Source of the DNA: Polymyxa betae A26-41
Taxonomy: Eukaryota > Protista > Endomyxa: Phytomyxea
Assembly: GCA_003693705.1 (NCBI GenBank)
Contig: RBZT01000313.1
Location: 70,000-133,999 of the forward strand
Direction: 5' to 3'
Length of the DNA stretch: 64,000 bases
This document shows positions 14,001 through 24,342 of the stretch, in pieces; position 1 is the first letter of the stretch, and the number at the start of each line of letters is the position of its first letter. The notes beneath the pieces are model-generated. The model did no database searches. It was given only the letters and a program-made list of their open reading frames with translations, and was not told where the DNA came from. The position numbers and the translations under genes were made by a program.

Positions 14001-17000
14001 GATTGTTAATTTCGAGACGGTAAAATGAAAGAATTCAAACCGGATTGCATATAAATGGAACATATCGGCAGAAATCCCATCCACGACCGTCCCTTCGACA
14101 CCTTTGGATAGTCCTCATCCAGGTGTATGATAAATGCTGCGGCAACACTTGAACCCCATTTACGAGACAATCCTGGAAAAAGTCAATCGCAGCAGGAATC
14201 AATTGAGAGTTGTTTACAGATAAATCCCGTGCTGAACAAGACTTCAAGGGATTAAAGGCATCAGCAGGGTTGCATGTTGGAGGACCAGGCACAGGACGGA
14301 CATACTCTCCTTTTTCAACAAATTGTACGATCTGTCGTACAGAATGAGTTTTCAGATAAAAACAGAATGAGGCCTACTTCAATTTCAGGGAGAACAATCG
14401 GTAGAAATAAGAAAGCAATTGGAAGTAACACAAGAAGACAAAATTGACGTCGGTCCCGCTTGGCAAGCCACCATCGTTTTAAAACCATCGTCCAAAGAGC
14501 AGCACCAAATATTTCCTGGTTCTTATGCAAACTACTCTGCTTTGGTTCTACAATATCATCGACGGCCGCGTTACCCTGAATCAATTGATCGTCGCTGTCA
14601 AAGTCAACTTCAAGGAGGACATTTTGGAGAACATCTGTGGATGTTAAAATATGGGATCCAGAATCTTGTCGTTTATGAGCCACAGCAAGAAATACCTATA
14701 AAGAATTGAATAACCGGTCATACACAAGTATAGCAAAACCAACATCCTCAAGAGAGCAATTCGATATTCCAAACTCGACGAGTTTTCCGAATGCTTCCAG
14801 TTGCTGAAATAGCTGAGGGAATCGAGCTGTGTTATGGGGAGGAAGTTGGAAGGTAGCTTCATTTGCGCCGAATGATATGCAAGTGGCGTCCGGAACCTAA
14901 CAAAAATAAGTAAACTGGGAATTACAGGAAGAAAACGCTCAACAGTTGCATTCAGCAGTTTTTTAACTCGCTTTAACAGTGATTCAGAATTGTCGACGTC
15001 TTTGCTCACGCTAAGGCTGATCGTATAGCCGTTTCCGAATTGCTGTTTCAAGAATAATGATGTACCATAGCAGCATAACTTGCCATCATTAACAATGGCG
15101 ATTCGATCCCCTATTGAAAAAATGAAGAACAATTCGAAGCTTCAAAAGAGCTGACCAAGAACTTCGGCCTCGTCCATAAAATGCTGCAAAGTGAATAAGC
15201 AATCGTGCTAGCAGATACCAACATGACATACAGTTGTCAGAATAATGACACGATCTTTCTTGTTTTTGAGCAAAACCTCCCAGGTAAATCGTCGACTAAA
15301 TGGATCCATCCCTAAGACAAAAATGGGTTGAACATTCTAGACCATCGATTTTCTTGTCGGTACCAGATGTTGGTTCATCAAGAAACACTACTTGAGATCT
15401 TCCGATCTGCAACATTGTCAGAACCTTAAAAATTTGGCTTTTAAAACAATGCTTACAAATGCAATGGCAACACAGAGTTTTCGTTTCTGGCCTCCAGATA
15501 AATTTTCAACTTTCTCGTGTATTTTGTCTGACAATCCTAGCTCAGCCAAGGATTCAGCAATGGTTGGTTTCATCTTCCTGAATGGAACGCCCTTAAGTGC
15601 TGCGAATAACCCTAACATTGAAATAAGTAGTGATATTCAAAAACCAGCATTGGTATATACAAAGGTTTTCGTAGCATGTCATATCTTCAAAAAGGATATC
15701 GTGCTGCGGGCACATACCCAACGATCTCCTAATAGTTGGCATGTCTCTTTGAATGGAATGTCCAAAGACCTGAACGCGATAAGACAACATACCATTTTTA
15801 CTGGAAATTACCTTTGCGTCACCAGAAGTAGGTTGCATTAAACCACAAAGGATCCTTATCAAGGTCGTCTTTTTAGATAAGATCAGCAGGTGCCCGAGAG
15901 CAAGTCTGATACATTACCTTGCCAGCGCCATTATGGCCAAGTAAACTGGTAATTTGACCCTAATCGAAGTCAACAGAAAGCTAAAATTTTCTAACTAAGC
16001 TACCTCGTATAGCGTGAGATTCAAACGATCTAGGGCAACTTTCCTTTTTTTCATTCCAGGAGTTTTGAACTTCCGACATAAGTTGATGATGCGAATACAC
16101 CTAAGCAAAGTCAAACAAAATGAACCCAGATTGACGATAGTAACTTGTTCGCTTTGGCAAGTTCGAGATTATCGGCTGTGACAGGCTCAAGAACTGCTTC
16201 GTCATCTTCATTAAAAGAACCAGTAATCTCTTCATTTTCTGACTATATCATGTTATGCAGGAGTTTTAGAAAGAGCGAAATTAACATACAGTTTCAACAG
16301 CCCGAGTCGGTTCACCCAGCCAGAAGTTTTTATGGAACGGAAAGTGCCAAGGATATCGAATACCAACTTTTTTTGGCAGAATCTTATCGAGATACCATCC
16401 CTATCAACAGAGGATTAATCAGTACAAAGATTAAAACATTTGAACAAAGCTCGTACAACGACAGCATATAAGACCGCATCTAAGAACATGATGGCGGTCA
16501 TACCCTCCATTGACATGCTAAGACCTCGATTCTTATAGGACAAGTACCCCATTCGAAAACCGGATCCATACGATGTGTTTGCTAACGCATTTGAGATTCC
16601 AAGACCGAGACAAGCAGGAGCCACAAGGCACATCAATCCTAATTTCACATCAAGTTACGTTTGCGATACCAGAATAAGCCAACCTTGCTGCACTTCGCTA
16701 TCTGGCATAAAGTAAATCAGAAAGCTGGATACGAAGGTAACCAAAAGAATGAAGATAACGGCGGGCCTCGTATTTTCGAAAAAGGCTGTAAAAGCCAAAC
16801 AGAACGAGACCATGGCAGCGCAAAACGAAGAGAAGAACATAATGAGGAGCGATAATCGAAAGTTTGGAAAAATCAATCCGAAATGGGTGATGATGGCAGT
16901 AAGAATACATAACGGAAGAAACGACACGAGATACGATAGACACCTGAAATCGTGTGCTCTAAGGATCCGCATTGCATTTAGGTCAAAATACAGACCATGA

Positions 17001-18050
17001 CAGCTGTAGCACGCTGTCGTACAGCCCCGTAACTTTCATCGCTTCAAGAATCAACAATTCTTTCTCTTGGACAATCGAAAGAACAACTTGTGCCAATGGG
17101 TATGTAAACGCGATAATAAAAAGTAACCCAGCAACGACGCGAAGATTCTCAATTATTGTTGCACGAAGGGCATCAGGTCCTGTAAACGTGAACGACCATG
17201 TAAGTTGGGTACTGGGAATCGTGACTTCGTATGAGCTTAATATTAAGTCAGGTTTCCCATGATCTATGAAAAAAATACACATACTTAGAGGACTCTCCAG
17301 TAAGCTGAAGAAGGGCAATCACAATGCCAAAAAGAACCATGGCAATGGAAACGCCTTTGAATTGCCGACCCCATCGATGTTTAGCCATTCTCCTTGACCG
17401 AATACTCAGATGCGGAAATGTCGCTGGAACAGAGCGAGCAGTACCAGTTCTTAACAATGAGACCCCAGAGCTGCCGGACCCAAACTTGTGAGTTCTCAGA
17501 TCTGGAAACGTATCTAAGGCCAAACAGACCGCCGACAAGAAACAAAGCCAGAATTATGCCAGTGACATCTGCAGCATGTACTCGAGGGCATTGATATGAA
17601 TCCCAAACCACTTCATCAAGCATCTGTTTACATTCATAGGATTTCGGGTTATCTGTTTGCAATATTATGGCTTCCAATAATAAAGAAAACCGCCATACAG
17701 ACCCGAAGCTTGGCAACTACGTGCAATTGAGACCGCGTTACAACATCCCTTGGATGGATTGGATGGATCAGATGAGCATTGAATTTCAACCAGGTCCGGA
17801 GACTGCATAGACATTGTCATGATAACCCGCTACAGAGAAACGAGATTTCTAAATATTACCAGATCAAGAGCAGAGGCAAAAGGCGAGATTGGCTCCATTT
17901 CCCCCTATGAAAATTTCAAAAACTTTTGAATAAAATACTCACAACCTGACGGTTTCTATAAATGACATTGGCGAGCTTTCCAAAATTTTAGGGAGGAACA
18001 GTCCCGATCGCACAACACAATCCCGATAAAAACCATCTTCAAACAGCATC
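11054..18050 (-). CDS. Full-size ABCA-subfamily transporter (two TMD-NBD halves), heavily intron-split; 5' end approximate
   Basis: NBD1: [43 protein letters not shown]2: [36 protein letters not shown]-terminal [12 protein letters not shown]. First half has VQEKE...EAMKVTGL. Confidence 0.9.
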
Positions 18051-18832
18051 TGATTTATGCAATCTCGAATCTGATCCGATTTGTCAGAATTGAAAACGCT
18101 TGTGGTCGAACGCCAAGAACCTTTTGAGAATCGCTTTGTGTAGCCATTGTGCTACGATCCAAGCCTGACTATCTGCAGGTCCTGGTCTTCTGTATGATAC
18201 AAACCAGATTTGGTTATGAGCTGGAATAGGTAGGCAGCTTTAGGCTGAACAGGTGTTAACACGGTCTCGACGGACGGAGGCCACCCTCTGTGATGTGATC
18301 AAGCAGTTTGGGTCTTCGGGGTTACCACTTATAATTGGGGATTAGATCATAGTCCATGACGAGGAGCTTCGTGTCTTTGGGCCTGTCCTCAGTTCTGCGT
18401 TCTAGGTTGTCGATTGCCAGGAGCCCTTAGCTTGAATCGTCTTTGTGTCTTTCGAAGTCGCAGCAAGTCTCGTGCTGTGTCTAGCATTTGGCGAATAGTT
18501 GAGGAAATTTTAGATCATTATGATCATAATCATCTCCATACAGTTAAAACGGATGCGTTATGACAGAAATGATGGACTGCTCTGAAATTGGAATCGGAGT
18601 ACAAGTATTTATTTCAGCTATCCTTGTGCTACGGGCGCACCTGTTGACAAAACATCAGCCAACTAGACAGATATAATCTACTCAGGTGTGTTTTCTGGCA
18701 CCTAGCTTTAGCTTTTGGCTGAACTTCTAAAACGATTAATAAAGAGGATTCGGAATTGGTATGTAAGTTCCTGTGAACTGTAAATAACTGTTTATTTAGC
18801 TAGATTGGAATAACTTGAGTTATATTCACTAT

Positions 18833-19369
18833 CTAGCTGGGCTGGCTAAGATCCTCGTGTTCATCGCCTTCCCGCTCAATCACCGGTAAGCTTAAATGTC
18901 TAGAAGGCGTTTTCTTGAAATGCCTTGGAGAATCTCTCTCTGTTGAATCCTCAATGGACCTTGTTCCCAATGAATTTCCGAATGCTCGTACAGTTAGCTG
19001 TCCATCTGGTGTTGACTCTCGCCAAGATTGCATTGAGTGCATGCGATGAACAGACGCAGGCCTTGTCATGAATCCCGAATGGCTGTACCTCGCCATTTGA
19101 GAATCATCAGAATCAATGGCTTTGCTTAATCTCATCTCCGGGTTAGTTGGCAACCATGACATGCTACCATGCGATTCTGAGCGAGAATGGGTTCGCATTT
19201 GAGACCCATGTCTTGAAAGCCTAGTGAAAAACCCGGAATAGCTGTATCGAGCATACTGGGAACATTCACCCTCCGATGTCTTATTAAATCTTTTATCAGG
19301 GCCTTCGAGAACTTCTTCAGCGTTGTAAATCTGATGCGGAGGCTTATAACATGAGAGGCTTAATCCCAT
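18833..19369 (-). CDS. Small single-exon orphan protein with predicted N-myristoylation/palmitoylation motif and an internal duplicated motif
   Basis: The first ATG gives MGLSLSC (Gly2, Ser6, Cys7). Two copies of SQ(Y/M)ARYS(Y/H)SGF(F/M)TR are present. Confidence 0.65.
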   Translation of the reverse strand: MGLSLSCYKPPHQIYNAEEVLEGPDKRFNKTSEGECSQYARYSYSGFFTRLSRHGSQMRTHSRSESHGSMSWLPTNPEMRLSKAIDSDDSQMARYSHSGFMTRPASVHRMHSMQSWRESTPDGQLTVRAFGNSLGTRSIEDSTERDSPRHFKKTPSRHLSLPVIEREGDEHEDLSQPS

Positions 19370-19976
19370 AAACCGGGGTGGCCTGGGAAAGGCCAACGCG
19401 CTTCGTCACCTAGGTTGTAGATTTTCTAGCATGCGAAGATTGTTGCATATTCGATCCGGTACTATGATCGCGCTGGGCAAAAACTGCAGTGACTCCAGAG
19501 AATTATATTCTATTAGGTATACGATTTTATTTTGTGTGATCAAAATATAACAACGGTCGAGACTCGAGACGTCTTTAGCAATGGACTGTTCGTCACAGAC
19601 GTCTTAATGCCATGTGCAACGGCAACATGCAGTCAGTCCAGTCATATGACCAATCTCAACATTTGGATACTTGTGCTTGCAATTTGCTGAACTGCCGAAT
19701 GATGATATCGAATATCCGGCAAGCATCGATTAGACTGGTGGTGATGCAGTCGGGTATCATTTCTGAGTGAAAACTCGGACATGCAAAAGTCGGAATGCTC
19801 TTATGAATCGAACAGTTGTTACCAGGAGGACAATCCATAACTTCGGGGGAATCTGAATATTTTCTTCAGAACCGATTGCTCAGAGTTCATCCAAATTCAG
19901 AATTGAAGATCGTTCTTAAGGAAGTCACTTCGCTCATTCAGAAGCAGAAAGTCGCCCAGAAGCGTTTTTGTGAGAG

Positions 19977-21167
19977 CTATTGCATTGCACACGACTCCCC
20001 AACATGAGCAGCAGCTGTAGTTGCAACTTGTCGTCGTAAGTGCGAGGCAATCGCTTGAATAGCGGCCAGATCACAAGATTCTATGGACGGCTTGTCATCG
20101 TGTGCTTTCGTACAGCTTAGTGGGCTTGGATGAATGCCAAGAATGGAATTTATAGTGACCGATACTTCATCCAAATCTCTCCAGATTTCATAGAGGTCAA
20201 CATGATTGAATCGACCTTCCCCTTCAAGCCTCTTAAAATTCTCGTTTTCGTTAGTGCGTTGAGGCGGTTCGTTTTCGCTGTATCTCAGTCTTTGATACAA
20301 GTCTTCAATGAGACTATTCTGTCCTTGAATATGATCCGATTTCTCCTTTAGCTGATCATGTGAGGTGGCTAGCTGAGAGTCCAATTTCAATATTATGTTG
20401 TCTTTGGCCTCGATGGCAGCTTTTAATACATGCAATTCTTTTGAAAGACAAGAAAGTTTCATATCTTTTTCCTTGATGATCTCCAGTGACGATTCTGCTG
20501 AAGTTAATTGACTTTCTAAATCTTCTAGTCGGTTTTTAAGCTGTTCTCGATCTCTCATGATCGATGCCATTTGACCATTGTCCAGTTGAAGGACACGAGA
20601 CCGCTCGTTTCGCCAGTTTGATCTGAGAATCTCGATATCGGCTTTCATTTTGGCAATCTGGCTATGCAGAGATATCACTTGACTTTGAGAAGTCTCTAAA
20701 TCTTGCCTCGCTTTAGCGCTTGCTCGCTGCTCGCTGGTCAGCGCCGCTCTGAGCGTTTTAGTCTCCTCACTCAACTGGGATAATTCTCTCTGCAGCACAT
20801 TCGAATATTGCTCTGCATGTTCTTCTTTCAGCAACAGCTCATTTTCCTTACCACGAAGAAATTCTCTCAGAGTTTGTTCTGTTTCAGATCTGTGTCTGAG
20901 AGCAGTTTGGTAGTCTACAATTTCCAAGCTTAACTGCTCGACTTTTGATTTAGCAGAAGCTAATTCCGCCGCTGCGAGATTGTGCTGCTCCTGTAAAGAT
21001 CGTATCTGCTCATTGTACGATTCAAGCTGATGGTGGCTTTGAGTTCGTGTCTGATGCAGCTCAGCCGAGACTTCTTTCATTCGCTTGATGGCCTCAGCCT
21101 TCGCCAGCCTGACCTCCATGAGGTCTAGATTCAGCTGTGCTAGTTGTGTCTGCCATCTATCTGACAT
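19977..21167 (-). CDS. Long coiled-coil protein with CEP85-like C-terminus (centrosomal/basal-body candidate)
   Basis: Heptad-rich single ORF. The end SILGIH...LRRQVATTAAAHVGESCAMQ* resembles the CEP85/CEP85L C-terminus (LLLGIH...GENCxxQ*) as recalled. Start taken at the first ATG (MSDRWQ). Confidence 0.6.
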   Translation of the reverse strand: MSDRWQTQLAQLNLDLMEVRLAKAEAIKRMKEVSAELHQTRTQSHHQLESYNEQIRSLQEQHNLAAAELASAKSKVEQLSLEIVDYQTALRHRSETEQTLREFLRGKENELLLKEEHAEQYSNVLQRELSQLSEETKTLRAALTSEQRASAKARQDLETSQSQVISLHSQIAKMKADIEILRSNWRNERSRVLQLDNGQMASIMRDREQLKNRLEDLESQLTSAESSLEIIKEKDMKLSCLSKELHVLKAAIEAKDNIILKLDSQLATSHDQLKEKSDHIQGQNSLIEDLYQRLRYSENEPPQRTNENENFKRLEGEGRFNHVDLYEIWRDLDEVSVTINSILGIHPSPLSCTKAHDDKPSIESCDLAAIQAIASHLRRQVATTAAAHVGESCAMQ

Positions 21168-21386
21168 CAACTCTGGAACCGTATCAGCGATATTGGCAGA
21201 GGGCAGCGGAGCCCACAGCAACAAGACACTGGTGTTACGCTCCTCACGGAATTCATATAGAAGTATCTCAAATCTCACCTGATGATACTGTATCTGCAAA
21301 TTGACCTGTCGGTTTTTCTAAGAATAACTGATACTGGTAGTAGTCAAACATTGCAGTAAAGGAGTGACGTGGTCGATTGTAACATT

Positions 21387-22676
21387 TTAATCAGAAGACT
21401 GTCGTTTTGGTATTTGAACATTAACAGCGGAATTTCCCCATCCATTGAAAACAGTGACATTTAACAAAGGGGTATCTTTTCGTGTTACAGTCTTCAGTAT
21501 TTCCTGCATTGAATTTCAGGAATTTGTGGTTCAAGAATTCACAAAGCTAACCTGACTCAACAAACCACCCATAACTGCAGCAGCAGGGGCGGCTTCAACT
21601 CTCCAGTTCTTAACGACTTTCAAAACCTCCTATAGAAACATCATCGGGCTGCTTTATAGGTGAAACCCTGATTACCTGTGAAGAGGGCGATTCGTCTGAA
21701 GCTAACTGCTCAGTTTCCCTTTGTAGCTCAATAAGCGCTGCAGAGTCAGACTCGTCTGGCCAACGGTCAAACTTTTCACGGAATGCATAAACTGAGGTTA
21801 CAACATTAGATTGAGAAGAAAATGAAGACAATTCCAGCACTGACTCAGACGAACAGAAGCGAATATAGATGCTTCCTTTTTACAACGACGCCCAAAAGCA
21901 GAGTACGTCTCAGCAAAAGAAGCTGAGAAAATATCTGAAATATTCGGAAAAACAATTTCTTCGTTTTTATGTTCATCAGCGGCGCCATTTTCGCCTGGAG
22001 TCGTTCTGTAGCGCTTTTGAAATAAGACGATAGCATCTTACAGATTTCTTACACCACGAACGCATGGTTGAATAGGTTTTGGCAAAAGAAGGCATCAAAA
22101 TTCATCGTTTCGCACATAAAAATTGCTGGACGTTGAGTTAGGGAATTCAGGCGTTTTTCTAACTCTTGAACCCAGCGAAGTGTTTGTCCAGAAACACAAA
22201 TGACCGCAAACTTGCTCCAAAATTCTGGAGTTTGTGAAGCAACATCAGATGTGACCGCCTCAACTTCGACATTCGGATTCAATTCAGAAATTCGAGGCAC
22301 AATAGCCTCAGCTTTCTGATTCGAACGTTAGCCAGAAAGAATGGAGTATTGGCAAACATTACATTCTTGCCAATATCGTCAGCGTTGAGAAGGTAATGTG
22401 ACGAGACATCTTCGTCTTTTGATAAAATAGAATCATCCCATACAGATAAAGAACCGATTCCAGCCAAAATCAGATTTTTGCAAATTTCTGATTGCAACGC
22501 AGTTATTCCAATAACTAGAATTTTACTGTTTCGCATCCTAAAATGCAGAATTGAAAATCGGCATACACAGTTCAGATAAATACGAACATGGTTTGAGCTT
22601 GAACGCCCCAAACACGGATCTGTCGATCGTACAAGGCGGCTTCATCCTCAGTAATGTCTCGTTTCTGTTCTGTCAT
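21387..22676 (-). CDS. SAE1: SUMO-activating enzyme E1 subunit 1 (AOS1), ThiF family, multi-exon
   Basis: MTEQKRDITEDEAALYDRQIRVWG, SKILVIG...EICKNLILAGIGSL, ELNPNVEV, EAAPAAAVMGGL. Confidence 0.9.
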
Positions 22677-22974
22677 TAGCCGTCAAACGGACTCTAGATG
22701 ATACTTAAAGAGCAAACAGCGAAATGACAGAACGAAAACAAAGCAGATTCTGGTAGGAATGCGGCAACATGGAATCTTGGTGGGCTGCGCCCGAGATCCC
22801 CCATCATTGTCCCATCTCTTTGTCTCGCCCTCTCTCTTTACATTCTCGGCGATTTGACTCCATTTGATACCAGTCCGGCGCTTTGTTCAAACAATACAGC
22901 GCTTACTGCTGGTTATCTAACGGTATCAAAGTGTTACGGTACCTCATTTTTTGACTGTTATTTATAGACCGGTA

Positions 22975-23232
22975 ATGTCCCCTCCGAATCGACTCGCATG
23001 TTTGTCTCTATATCGGCAGCTTTTGAAAGCCGGCAAGCAGTTTCATGATTTCAATTTTCGATCGTATGCATTAAGGAGGACTAAAGAGCGCTTTCGAGAA
23101 GCTCGGGGCGTCTCTCCCGAAGAAGCCGACCGCTTGTATGCCTGCGGCTTGCAAGAGCTAGAGGTTGTCAAAAGGCAGGCTACCCTCAACAAAATGTTCG
23201 CTCGAGGTCAAAGCTATGCTGATTTAGCCTAA
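22975..23232 (+). CDS. ISD11: LYR-motif protein ISD11/LYRM4 (Fe-S cluster assembly)
   Basis: LSLYRQLLKAGKQFHDFNFRSYALRRTKERFRE...LEVVKRQ. Confidence 0.92.
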   Translation: MSPPNRLACLSLYRQLLKAGKQFHDFNFRSYALRRTKERFREARGVSPEEADRLYACGLQELEVVKRQATLNKMFARGQSYADLA

Positions 23233-23767
23233 TATAGTATAGTTATAACAATTTACAAAGCGTTTTATTTGACTACCCTTCGTTACCATGTTTTATTTTA
23301 CAATTGCCGTATTGATAAGAAATAGAACTGCCAGTATTTGATAATTTTACGTATCCCAAAGAAAGGGAATTTGATAAACTGTACAGTAATATAAAGTAAA
23401 TACAGTATGGACAAGACAGAGAACTCATTCTGCATAAAAAGTAGCGTAAGTAACTTCCTTCACGGTATTGGGCGGAGGAAGAATAAGCCTAAAATTAGTC
23501 TCGCGACTTTCCATCGGCCTGGTCACTTTGTACCTCGAGCCTGCTACAGTGAAACAATCGATCTCACAGGCAATAATTTTCCCATTGCTCGTCACTCCGG
23601 GGGTCGAAAGACTCTTCTGTCCGACTTTTCCTTATAACCCCGGCCACATCATTTCAGGCCGGTTTGGCAGCTCGGCCTACGTCACTGCATTGTTGCGTTT
23701 TTGGCACGCGCCGGTGTCGTTGATTGGTGATTAACGGTTTCATCAAAGCCTCAGTCAACATAGTGTT

Positions 23768-24160
23768 ATGGATCAGGAATCGCTAGTTTTCAATCCCCCA
23801 TCGCGCGAAAATCCAATCATCTACGCTAAGTCCTGGTTTGAATTGAAACAAACTGCTGTCAATGGAGGCGAACAAGCTGAGATGCCTCTTGAAGTATTAG
23901 CCGCAAGACTGCAACAATTGCACGTAAAGGAGATGCAGTTTGCTTTCTGGTGGTTTATTGAAGTTTGCTGCCAGATTGAGCGGAGGAAGGCCAAAGCTGC
24001 AGCCAAAGTTTCTGAGAATGCTAATATTTCCCAGTCGTCGGACGCAGAAGAAGACGAATTTGACGCATGCTTTGGCAGAGAATTGAGCTTCCTTTTAAAT
24101 CAGTTACGGATACGGGATCTGGATATCAAAGAATTGCCTTTCATGCCATATATTTATTGA
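23768..24160 (+). CDS. Hypothetical protein, probably spliced; 3' end uncertain (24160, ~24203 or 24417)
   Basis: ATG-initiated ORF with a plausible in-frame intron (gtaaag...gccag) and an acidic tract; no recognisable family. Confidence 0.45.
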   Translation: MDQESLVFNPPSRENPIIYAKSWFELKQTAVNGGEQAEMPLEVLAARLQQLHVKEMQFAFWWFIEVCCQIERRKAKAAAKVSENANISQSSDAEEDEFDACFGRELSFLLNQLRIRDLDIKELPFMPYIY

Positions 24161-24342
24161 GCTTAACAACATTGAAGCAACCGCAAGCCGCATTTCAGAT
24201 CTGATGAACCATTTTAGGTGAAAACTTTTGGTCATTGCCCATCTGCTGCAGCTTGTTGACAATGGTTCAAGTCGATTTCCAATTGATCTATAAACTTCTG
24301 TGTTGCGCGCTTTGCCATTCAACTTGCTGTGTTATTGATGAC

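Noticed and set aside
23470-23640. RNase P/MRP RNA (GGAAAGTC and ACTAATTTTAGGCTTA resemble CR-I and CR-V on the minus strand)
   Set aside because: The two segments do not pair to form the P4 helix, so no call was made.
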